Origin: Thalia democratica
Taxonomy: Eukaryota
NCBI GenBank assembly: GCA_965202585.1
Contig: OZ241833.1
Coordinates: forward strand, 23,808,001 to 23,872,000
Reading direction: 5' to 3'
Length of the DNA stretch: 64,000 nucleotides
Shown here: positions 37,701 through 49,600 of the stretch, one piece after another
Layout of the letters: every line of letters starts with the position of its first letter
Position numbering within the stretch: position 1 is the stretch's first letter
Made by a program: the position numbers and the translations under genes
The notes under the pieces: model-generated
Databases searched by the model: none
Told to the model about the DNA's origin: nothing
What the model saw: the letters and a program-made list of their open reading frames with translations, nothing else

Positions 37701-40700
37701 TTTGCATACAAGTGGCGAAATTGGAGAAACCTGCAACTTGCAATCTCATTTGTACCAGTTCCTTTTATATTGATGTGGTATTTTGTTCCTGAATCACCAA
37801 GGTAAGGTTTTACATTTGAAATGAAAAAAAATCTTTTGAATTTTAATAAAACTCATATAAAACACAAACAAATTACAAGCTTTTTTGTTTTAACTTCTTA
37901 GCTAGAGTATGAAACTTCTTAATTATATATGAGCAATATAATTAATAAATCATAAATTATTAATGATTGACAATGTAATAAATTAAAGATTAAATTTTCT
38001 AGCACATATTTTACCATTTTAGATGGCTGTTTAGCAAGAGCAAGAATAGTAAAGCTATTAAAATTAGTAAGCAACTGGCATCGAAAAATGGAAAAGAATT
38101 TTCGAAATCAGTTTTTGAAAGATCTGCTGATAGTGGAGAAAAATTAAAAGTAACAATTTATAGCTAAAAAATACAAAGTCTTTTAACAAAAATTGGAGAA
38201 TTTGTATGCGCTGTTTTTTTATGAGATTAATTTTATACTAATATACCAAATCCTCAGTTTATAAAAAAATGAACTAAACGACTACATATTTACTTATATT
38301 GCACTTTAAATAATGTTTTTATCTCAATAGATATTGAGTACGACTACATATCAAAAATATATATATTCTTTCTATTTTTAGATACAACTTACTATTTTTG
38401 TACTAGCTAAATTTAGAGTTACTTTGTAGCTTTGCTTTATAAACTTTTCATACCTTTTGAAAAATGAGACACTTTCTGTTTTAGATTTTGTGTATTTCGT
38501 TTGACAAAAGTTTTCAAAACTATCATGTTTTCTGGTTGTTGAGCCATTAGAGTAATAAGGTTTAATTGACGTGATAACAACTATATTCGTATAATCAACA
38601 AACTATTAAAATATCAACTTAGTGTTTACTTACAACCTGTAGAAAGGTTTAATTAAATGTCCAGTAAAAATACATCTTAAGTTATATCAGTTGTTAATAT
38701 TATTTTCTTAAATAATAAAAGTAATTTGTAAAGGACTCTTCCGAAATTTTCAAAAGCTTCTCTCAATATGAGTTGTTTAAAAGGCCGAAAATGAGGATGA
38801 TTACAGTCAATTTGATGTTCAACTGGTTTGTAGTATCACTTGTTTATTACGGGCTGTCCCTCAATTCTGGCGCTCTTGCAGGTAATTTTGTGAAATGCAC
38901 AAGCTATTTAATAATACTTTAGTGAAATTTTCGTGTTACCCCATGCGCATTTAAAACTTTTCTCAAGATTTATAACTTTACAAATGTTTCTACTAGTAAT
39001 GTTCTCTATATTTAAGTAAAACTTTAAAACCGCATAATTTGGTACTTTTATAGAAACATCATCGCTTAAAACTTTAAAAGGTTCAATTTGAAACTAATCT
39101 AAATTATACTTTCAATGTATCATCTTATAATATATATAACCTTATTTTTAGGCTCGACCTTTTTAAACAACTTTCTCGGAGGATTAGTAGAGCTTGCAAT
39201 CTACATCGTTCTAATTTTTACTATTGACAAAATCAGTAGAAAAAAGGTCTTAGGATACAGCTTGCTCATTGGCGGAGTCGCATGCCTGGTTTCGACAGTT
39301 TTCAATCATTATTCTGACACCAACGGAAGTAGATTTATTAGTAGCTAAGTGTACAATTGATGATATATTCAAAAAATACATTTTAGCTAGTTAAAACCTA
39401 ACAAAATTAAAACAAGCTTTGTCTAAATTAATAGAAATTTATATTGATGATAGTAATAATAAGTTGCGTTTCTGATCGAAAAACAGTGTAGCTAGTAAAA
39501 AAGAGTGTCTAAGCAGTTTACGCTTTTTTTAAGGGTTTTCAATTTTGGTTTTTGAAACTTTCAAATATATAAAATATATTGTATGTTGAAACTCATTGCT
39601 TTTGGTTATAGATTAATAGCTAATTTTCAAAGACAGATATATTTTTAATTTGTAAAATTATTTAATGTTTGTACTATTAAAACTTTTATACGACGTGTTG
39701 TTTTTTTTGTTAAAAGAACAATTGTCAAAGAAAAGTAAATTTTCCATATAACTTGTTTAAATAAAAATATCAATTTTTTGAACACTGACTTTTTTGTGAT
39801 TTATGTTTCATTTATCATTTTTAAAACAAATAAGTTTAAAGATTTGAAAGTATGTTTATTGTTCAGACTAATCACTTTAATAAAACATTTTAGTGGATTT
39901 CATATTAAAACTCGAAGTATACGGGTTAATAATATTATTCTAAAAAACTAAAAAAACACAACTTTTTTTTTTGCAAAGTTATTAAACATTATAGATAAAT
40001 ATGTAGTTTTGATCAAACCTATTCCATTATCAGACAACATGATTTTGGTAGACTGACATCCGAGTTTCGTTTTTACATGATAAAACATGGTAAAATATGA
40101 TAAATCATTTGTAAATCTATGTCCGCCAGTTTTTTGATTACGACTAAATGCAAGATTCAATAAAACGAAGCCCGGGTCTCAGTCTACAAAAAAGCTTGTG
40201 GTCTGATGATCGAAGTGGTATGATCAAAACTTTTTGTTAACTTGACCTTGTCTCAAGGCACATGAAATTCCTGGCTTTGGCTCTGATAAAATTTCGTCGA
40301 TGGTTTCTTAAATATAGACAATAAATTGATTTATTTAACACTTCATCAACTTGTACATTGTAAACGTTTTGTTTTTCTGAAGCAATGTAAAAAACTATTA
40401 TTTAATAAATAAAGTCAATAAAATCAAATCTTAAAGAAAGAAATATTTTTTTATATAATAAATGTTTTTAAATTTTATTAAACATGACCAAAGAGTTTAA
40501 ATTAAACTAAAAAATAAACTTTGTCTTTTAAAATGAAAAAGTTTTTCACATAATTTTTTGAATCAAATACATTTATTTTTAAACAATAATCAAGTTATGA
40601 GTATGAAATTTAAATTAAAATCTCTACAAACTAAAACATTTTTTTAAATTACTGAGTTTTCGACCATACTTATTCAAAGTACTTATCTCACAATGCATAT

Positions 40701-42145
40701 TCAACAAACCAAACTGGTTAAGTAAAAAGTATATAAGCGTTCTAATATCTCCAAACTCTTTTTTTTTAATTTGTCTCATTTAAACTATGTAAAAATATTA
40801 AAAATTAATTTTAAACAGTGCTTTTAAAGTTGAACTTTATCAATAAACTTTTCTTCAGAACTCTCTACAGCAGCAACAGTATTTGCGTTGTTGGGCAAAA
40901 TGGCAATATCCGGTTCATTTGCAATAGTTTACAATTACAGTGCTGAAGTTTATCCAACTTGCGTCAGGTAATTTTTCCCACATATTGCTGATGAGCTCGT
41001 TAGTACTGTTAAGTTGATTGGCTAAAGATTAACTTCTGTTTATTCTGACTTTTTCAAAAGTTATTCTTATCAAAGTGATTAAGGAGTAAGGGTTTAGATT
41101 TCATTCTGAGTACATTGTGTTAGATATTTATATTTTATATACTTTAAAGTTACTGTAATCGTTCAAACATCTCTTTTTTATTTTTAATGTTTATCGATTA
41201 CATTTTACGCTTTTTTGAAACCGTATTTATAAATCAAACCCTGAATTTTGTGCGTAACTAATCTTTTTTGGTTTGTAAACAAAAAAAAAATTTTGTGATT
41301 GGAAAACTCAATTTAATACTATATAGTTCAAAAAAATAATAAAATAATATTCTAAATAAATCTATATATAACTAGTCTATAAAACAATCAGAAGTACTGG
41401 TATGGGAATGGTTTCAATGGCCTCAAAAATAGGAGGAGTTACCACACCTTTCACTCTGCAACTCCAGTACAGCATACCCTGGCTTACTAGCGTTTGTTTG
41501 AAAATTTAAAGTGTTAATCTGCGACGTTTTAATTAAATGATTTAGTATTTGGCTGTCTTAAAATAAAAGCTAGTAAAAAAAAAATTTGATAAAAAGTTTT
41601 AAGATACCAGTTATTTTTCATAACTAAATTCAGAGAAATCTTGAGTTTTTTAAAGTTATAAATTCTCCTTATTTTTCTCAACATACATGTATTTTTATTC
41701 TCCTTTTTTTTATTAAAAAACTCAAATAGAATCTTCAAATAAAAATAATAACTTTTAGGTAATATTTGGAATATTTGCACTTGCAGCCGGCTTTCTTTCG
41801 TTTTTTCTTCCAGAAACAAAAGATAAAAAGTTGCCGACCACTCTTAATGAAGCTGAAAAATTTTACAGAGGAGAATTGTAAGTTATTAAAAATTTTTGAA
41901 CAGTCTTAGTGTAACTTAATGATACTAACTAATCATTACAAAGCTAAATTTATGATGAGTAGCATAGATACTAAGTAACATCAAGATTTTTTTACTACTA
42001 GTTTTTGATATTTTCTCAATCAAAAATAAATGATAAAAGTATGTTTTTTGTAGTTAAACAATTTTACTAAACTGTGTTACTTAGTGTAAAGTATTCTTTT
42101 TTTTACAGAAGCGAAGTTATTGAAGAAAAGGATGTCAAAACTTGA
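34731..42145 (+). CDS. SLC22 family organic ion transporter (MFS), copy B, 558 aa
   Basis: 14 exons: 34731-34845, 34929-34977, 35051-35144, 35659-35811, 36215-36318, 37223-37377, 37612-37801, 38023-38149, 38734-38881, 39152-39328, 40859-40967, 41392-41491, 41759-41877, 42109-42145. Exons 2-14 are identical in length and phase to copy A, and the same SLC22 motifs are present. Confidence 0.95.
40005..40231. mobile_element. MITE-like element with 31-bp imperfect terminal inverted repeats, in SLC22-B intron 10
   Basis: 40005-40035 (agttttgatcaaacctattccattatcagac) matches the reverse complement of 40201-40231 (agttttgatcataccacttcgatcatcagac) at 26/31. No clear TSD. Confidence 0.65.
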
Positions 42146-42469
42146 AACAACTGACAAACTCATATTTTATTTTACATGAGCTTTGTACATATTATGAAAA
42201 AGGAGTATACACATTTTCTAAAGCGCAAATTACATGATTTTTTTTGTAGTTTTTATATAATTTGTTTTATTAGTTCCGTCAAGTGTAAACGTATTTATTA
42301 TAAAAACTTTAAAATTTTTAAATTGCATATCTTACAAGACAGACGATGTGTAAAGAAATTAAGTTTATTTCTTTTTTAAATGTTTGAACATAAATTTGTT
42401 AAAAATTACTCTGGTAAAAAAAATACTATACTTGAACTATTTTATATTATAGTTTGTAGTTTATTGTAC

Positions 42470-42590
42470 TGTCCTGGACATGACATTAAACTTTATCCTG
42501 GTGTATGACTAAATAACCGAAAGTTTTGTTGTGCACCAGGTCCTTGGGTCAAACTTTTGAGCGCTTTTTTTTTCGTTTAATAAACAATAA
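42470..42590 (+). repeat. Copy of the hairpin-forming repeat
   Basis: ctgtcctggacatgacattaaa..ctggtgtatgactaaataaccgaaagttttgttgtgcaccaggtccttgggtcaaacttttgagcgcttttttttcgtttaataaacaataa. Confidence 0.85.
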
Positions 42591-42619
42591 TTATAAATAT
42601 ATACATATTGAAAACGAAA

Positions 42620-42700
42620 AAACAAAAAGAAAACCGACACTAAAAAATTTTTTTTACATAACCTGATGTATAAAAAAACCTCTTGGTCATACATACCACT
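42620..42700 (-). repeat. Degenerate inverted copy of the hairpin-forming repeat, next to the 42470 copy
   Basis: acctgatgtataaaaaaacctcttggtcat resembles the reverse complement of the consensus (gacctggtgtacgaaaaaactttcggttat). Confidence 0.4.
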
Positions 42701-43611
42701 AAATACAAACGAATGCTAGTTACAAAAATTGTTTATATCTTTTATGATTTACGTAAAGTTCTTCAATAAAATTAATAACTTTCTTAACAGATCATAGTTA
42801 AAACTGTTATTTGTTGTTTTAAATTGCAAAAATGTCAAAATGGTTAAATTCATACAATTAACATTGAAACTTGTTTACATCATTTACTAAATGCAATTAT
42901 TTCTTTAACTTAAGTTAAATATTTTACTTTACCAACTTAAAAACAGCTGTCTTGTTGGATAAACAAAAAGTTAAGTTTTAGTTTTAAACAAAACAAAGGC
43001 TGTTTAAAAAAAAACTTCTAACTAACTTTACAAAATAAATAAAGAAAACCAAACATGCTCGGTACTAAAACACTAATTCAAACAAAGTTCTACATTTCCA
43101 AAATACACGGTTTTTAAGCAATCTATAGTAAATTATAACCAAATGTAGTCTCATTTTTTTTATAAAGTACTACGAAAGTAAAGCATGTTTTAGGTAAACT
43201 TTATGTTATAAAGCTCAAAGAATTTTTTTTTACTTCGAAAGAACAAAGTTAAATATATTTATACTTTAACGGAGCATCGTTTACGTTCTAGAATCATAAT
43301 AAATTAGTGGTGATGTATTTTAATGTTATAACTAATATTTATTAACAGCGATTAAATAATGTTTCTTGCTTTGTGTTTCTCAAGATTGAGTAATAATTTA
43401 TGTTATAATGGCATAACGGATAAAAATAATTAAGTCTTTTATAGTCCCTAGTAACACAAGTAAGTGCTATTATATGAAAAACTAAAATATTACTGTAGTT
43501 ACTGCTTTTTGTAAATTTAATTGAATAATTCATCGCTCTTAAGATTAAATTTCTTATAAAACTTTTTTACTTGAAACTAACGTTTCAAATAATAAGAAAA
43601 AATAATTTTTA

Positions 43612-43725
43612 TCTGTCCTGGAAATAACATTAAACTGTTCTGGTGCACGACTCGATTATTTTTCGTACACCAGATCCTTGGACAAAACTTTTTGAGCGTA
43701 ATTTTTATTATCCAATAAACAACAC
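43612..43725 (+). repeat. Copy of the hairpin-forming repeat
   Basis: ctgtcctggaaataacattaaactgttctggtgcacgactcgattatttttcgtacaccagatccttggacaaaactttttgagcg..ccaataaacaac. Confidence 0.8.
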
Positions 43726-44769
43726 TATTTAAGTATTAAAAGATTGTAAATATTACTAAAAAATATTTGGTATAAGTTTCACTATGACAAAAAAAAATAA
43801 TCAAAAAATTAACTCTAATATTTTAACATTTTAATAGTCAAAAATAGACCAAAGTACGTCTTGATAATTAAATATAAAAATATCGAAGTTATATTAATCT
43901 TCTTAATTGTCTATAAACTAACAACTATAAGTGTGATCTTTAAACTAAAAAGTATAATAAACATAAAATGTGATTATCACTAAGTTTAAAAACTAGTTTT
44001 TAAGTTGAAATGGTTTTAAAATTTCTTCATCATATGTAGTCTAAATAAAGACAATCAATATTTCTACTCGATTATTATATTTTTCAGTTTAAGTGCATAT
44101 AGTTGTCTAGAAACATTAGGCTTTTTGTATTTTTATTTAACATTTTAATATAAATATTTTTTAAATATTTTAATTAAAATAAATACTGATAGTAATCTGA
44201 TTGTAAAAAATATTTAATTAAACAAACAACCCAAGCTCTTTTTCATTTTGGAAAATACTTTGGTTAGAACTGTAACAATTAGTTTTAAGTAGTCTCTCTG
44301 AGTTTTTTTTTATTACTTTTAAAATTTTACTGCCAAAAGTGTTTTACTTAATTGATTGGCTAGATCGATTTTTGTTTTCAAGAAAAAACCAAGTTAAAAG
44401 AATCTAAAAAGAAGACATTTCGTTATCTTTTAAAAAACTTCGTAAAACACAATCTACCCATACATTAAACGCAAAAACTAGTTGTATTGAAATTTAAAAT
44501 CAGTTACTTCAAAAACTATTTAGACTACCTATTGGGATAATCAAAGTCAAAAGCATCTATTTATTACGGCTAACATGTAAATCCAACAAAAGCTATAAAT
44601 ATGCATTGCTGTATTAGTTATATTTAATTGTAGGATGTCTGTTAACGTTAAAAACTAAAATAGGAAGGAAATTGCTTATTTAAAACTTAGTTTGCAAAAA
44701 AAAGTATTCGAACTAAATGAATCTGTCAAACAAGTTAATTTTTAATTATTTTCATGCGCCAGACAAAAC

Positions 44770-44890
44770 GTGTGTAGTGTTAATGTATAAGCAAAAGTTC
44801 AACCTTTTTACAGGAAATTAACTAATCAGTACAAATTTGTTTAGCGTTAGATAAAGTAGATCTTGTTAAGCAATTTCGAAATATTTTTTC
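44770..44890. other. Non-coding block downstream of SLC22-B, paralogous to 30500-30625
   Basis: Shares the core taatcagtacaaatttgtttagcg and alignable flanks. Confidence 0.75.
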
Positions 44891-46511
44891 AAACAAACTA
44901 TTAATCATTTGCTTAACAAATACTACAGTATTAGTGACATTACCTCCTGTTTATATTTTTAAATCAAATTAAAACAACAAAAGTTGTAAAATTTTAAATG
45001 AAAACTGTTTTTATTACTGTAAATAAAATATATTAAAACTTGCAAGCTTTTGGAGTAGAAAAAGGATGATAACTGATCTTGTTTATCTTATCCATTATAA
45101 TGTATAAGTTTATTTTCAAAATGTGTTAAAAACACATAAATCCTTAACTTATTATCTGAATTAATATTTTATTTCTCGTAGTCAAAACAAAAAGCAAACT
45201 TCACTTTCGTCATTATGTACAGCAGCTTTTCCTAGGCTCTATATTTATATTTGTCGTATAAGGTAGTTACAACATTACAAAATAGTCATTGTTAATTTAA
45301 ATTTAAAGCTCGGTGATCGACCCTTAATCAAACCGTTGTTAGCTTGTTTCTTTTGAAAGGGTTGTAAAGCTGTTATTTTAAATTACAATTTAGTATAATG
45401 TTTTTTTTTGTGTTTTGTTTTTTTTTTACTTTAATTTTTTAGTAGTTTGAGTATTTACTTAATGTAAGATTCTCTTTAGATTATAAAGAAACAACTTTAT
45501 CGAGACTTATTTTAGTTTTTTTAACTTTACCAATTATTTTGCGATAATCTTATAAAAACAAATGGATTCAAGTAATTATACAAACTGTTATTCGGAAGCA
45601 TTACTAATTTTTCGTTTAGTACTTAAACTTTATTAAATAAAATGACCAATTTTTTAAACTAGATTTAAAAAAAAAACTTAACATTTTAAAAAGTGTTAGG
45701 TTTTACGTTTAACTTTTTTCAAACTTCTTTTTGTAACCTTGATCATCACTAATATAAGTATGTAAAAGTTCATATCCATTAAAAGCAAACAAACTGTTAA
45801 ATGTTGGTTTGAATTGCAGCAGACAATGTAAACATTTAAAATCTTTAATGTTTTAACTTATCGGTTTTACAAATATAACTTTGATTTATTGTTAAAACAA
45901 ATATTAAAAACATACAGACTAACTCTGATTTTTCACCTACTAACCTAAAACCTAATAATGTATAACATTTACAGTTATCGCAACCTATCTGCAAACGTTT
46001 AAAAAAAAATTCAGTCATAAAAAAAAAAAATTTTTTTTGAGCTTTGAAACGTAGTACTTAAATTAAAACGGCCTTATTTTGAATTTTTTCTAATTGTATT
46101 CAATGCTTTAGTAGTAAAAAGACTTTCTATATTCACGTTTCTATATATTACATTTTTGTCTAATTATATATAGCTATTTAGTTATGTTTAGTTAAGCTTA
46201 TTAATGGTAATCTATAAAAGACATTCAAAGATTAAGTTCTATTAAAATGTTTCCAGTTCGTAATTTGGTAATGAAGAGTTCCTAAAAACAACATTAATAG
46301 CTGTAATAGATGTAAGATCAAAACCTAATGATTCTTGAGGCGTATTTTTTTGAAAAATATTATTTTGAAGTTTTATATTTCAATTCAAAGTAATTGTTAC
46401 ACCTAAGTTTCTCTAATGACACCCTTGAGACTATTTATTAGTAATACAATAAAAAGTCTCACAGACAGTTTACATAACTTTTGCTACGCATTTCTTGTTA
46501 AACCAACAGCC

Positions 46512-46600
46512 GATAAGTTACAGCTTTTTTTATTTGTGTTTGGTATCAAAGTTCATTTTTATCGTATATAAGGAACAAAGTGTTTTTGTGAGCACCAGTT
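46512..46600 (+). promoter_or_regulatory. Putative core promoter of the lipid transfer protein gene (GATA site, TATA box, Inr)
   Basis: GATAAG at 46512, TATATAA at 46565, and an Inr-like CCAGTT at 46595-46600, about 30 nt after the TATA and about 70 nt upstream of the ATG at 46670. Confidence 0.55.
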
Positions 46601-46669
46601 GCTATTAGCTTTCATAAGATTGAGCTTGCTAAAACGTATACTCGGTTCAAAATAAAATAATCTAAAAGA

Positions 46670-49600
46670 ATGAGAATATACGCCTTGACTATAAGCCTGC
46701 TCCTTTTGGAAGCGTTAGTACGTAAAGGACAAACAAGTAAGTGTTACAGTAAACTAAGACATAACTAAACTAAGATAGTCTAAGTCACCTAATTAATGTA
46801 TATTCTTACAAATTTAAAATAAAAAAAATAAAAAAAGTTTGTAAATTTTAAGCTAGAATTATAAGGAACTTAAGTGTATACACATTAGCCTTGGTAAAAT
46901 TAGAAGCAAAATATGTTTTTTACATGCTTGTCAAAAGTTTTAAGATAGTTTAACTAATTTTTAAAATACTTCTTTCTAACTATCTACTAAACTTAATTCT
47001 AGTTTTTTTATGTTTTCAAAATACCGTATATAAGCCAAGCCAAACATTTAAAATATCCGTTATCCGTTAGAATTTAAACTTAAAAAGGTATAAAGATAAA
47101 AATTTGATTAGACTACTGAATATAAAATTTAAAAAAAGTACTTTTTTACTAAATGTTACTTGACTTTTAGTACTATTTGCGTGTGATTAATATTAGCTTA
47201 TAGTTAAGTTCTTTGCATAGATTTGAGAAAAATTACAATTAATGTAGATAACACTTATTCGAAGTATATTGCAAAGATTTGAAAAACTACAATTGATATA
47301 GATATCTTTTATTCGATATATTTTGCTTTAGTTTTTTTTTGTGTTTGCTAAATTTAAGTATTTTTTAATTTCCTTTGAAAATAATTATACTTTTAAAAGT
47401 CAGAGCTTTATAGAAACTTTACCAACGCAGATTTTAATGAAACATTTTTTTTTATTGTAAAGTTTTGTTTAACTTTGCTCCTCTATTTTTAAAAATCGTA
47501 TTTGTACATTTACTTTTAGTTTTAAGCTAAAATATTTTTTGATTTGAGACTAATGTTAAATATTTTTTTATGTTTTCAAAATAACAAACAAACAACAGAG
47601 TCACTGGACAAAACGTGCGAAATTACTTGTCCAGGTTAGTTTTTAATTTCTTTTTAAATCATATCCACAAATATATACACTACAAAAAAAAGTCACCTAA
47701 ATATCACTGCTTATCAGAGTTATGAAAAAGATTAAAAATGATGAAAATAAACAAGGTTTACACGTAAATTATTTATACTAATTTGAATAAAAAATCTATA
47801 TTAGAAAATAGTTGATAACAAACGACTTTAGTGTGAGTGACTTTATCCAATAGTTGTCAAGTTTCTAGTTTTTTTTATGTTTGAACTTCCAAGCTGATAA
47901 ACTTGAAATCAAAAGAGTTTGATAGTGATTTTAAAGGTTTGGAGTTCAAAATGCATTTATGCAGCTAAATTGTTGCAGTGAGTAAATACTTAAAAAACAC
48001 TGCTTGCAAAGATTAATAAATAAGTACATACTTATTATTGAAAAAACTACAGACAAAATTATCATAAGTGTGATGAAATAAAATGAAAAATGAGCACGAA
48101 GAAATAAGTTTTATCTAAAATGTAAATAAAACATAAATCTAAGGTGTTTTCTAAATATTTAAGTGTGTATGCCACTAATAATATTATTAATAATGTTTTA
48201 ACTACACACATATTTATATCATTACATAACACTCATATACTATTTCATATACTATTTTAACCGTGTATATACTTTACACTCCAATCAACCAAACACTTCT
48301 AGAAACATTGAGTTCAAACTTTAACTACGAAGTTGGCTACACCTACAACTACAACTACAGAGCAAATGTTCAATCATCGTTTTTTCAATCAAAAGAAAAT
48401 TTCAATGAACTCAGTGAAGTAACAATCCAAGCCAAGTGTGCGTTGGACATAATAAGTCCTTGTGAGCATACATTGCGCGTAAGTTAATAAATATATATTT
48501 AAAAGACTGTTGGAATCAAGATGTTCAAACTTTACATTTTTCATAGATAACGCAAATAAACATGACCAATCCAGATCAGCAATATTTGGACTATAGAGAT
48601 TGGGCGACGACATTGATGTCTGAGTCTCTAAACTATGCTTTCAATGATGGCAAAATTGGTAAGCTTTGTGCGTCCAACGAGGACCCAGAGTGGGCACTGA
48701 ACATTAAGAAGGGTATCTTGTCCTCCTTACAGAGTTCTTCGTCCCATGATTCTGGAATGTACAAAGAAGTGAGTTTACAATTAAAAGTACTTAGTTTTAT
48801 TTTAGACTTTTTTTGTTTTCCATATTTTTGTATTTACTTATTAGAAAGTAATGTAAAGCAAAGTACGCGATTTAACATAAAATCATTATTTTGATAAATC
48901 ATTTTAAATTTACTGATGTTAAAGAACTTTGTAAGCATCTAAAAATCACAATTGAAAAATGATAGAATGAAACTTTTTACATAAAAATTAAAGACAGTAA
49001 AGTAGTACTTTTATACATTAATGACAAATTAAAAATTCAGACTGATATCATTGGTGAATGTTTGACTAGTTATGATGTTAGCTATTTGGATTCCAACACA
49101 AGGGAAGTAACTAAAACTAAACAATTTGAAACTTGCCAAGAACAGAGTAAAATGCTGCTATTTTCTCAATTTACTTCCTACGACAGCGATTCAGTATGCT
49201 TTTTTATAATTTTTCTAAATTTAAAATTAAACAGTTTATTTTTGAGCGTTATCAGTAAAATAAAAGTTTTATAGCTTTGTTAAAATTTTAAAGTAAAAAT
49301 TAAGCAATTATTTTTTGTAACTTGTTTTAAATTTTCTTTGTAACGCCATTAACTTAAATACTGTTTATAAATTTATCAATGTTCATCAAAATCGATATAT
49401 TTTTAGGAACGTCAGCGTCTCATGCACCAAGAACAAAGGTGTGTTCAAACAATCAAGAATGACGTCATTACTGAAGTAAACTGTCATGAAGAGCACATGT
49501 TCCGTCCTTTTAGCTCAGAACAAAACGGAGCTAGAACTAGTGCTACTAAAACAGTTGAATTTGTTGATAGAGAACCAATCATGTCTAACAATAGTTTGTA

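Noticed and set aside
47569-47634. In-frame ATG (MFSNNKQTTES...) as the start of the lipoprotein
   Set aside because: It gives no signal peptide. A phase-compatible signal-peptide exon with TATA/Inr exists at 46670-46736.
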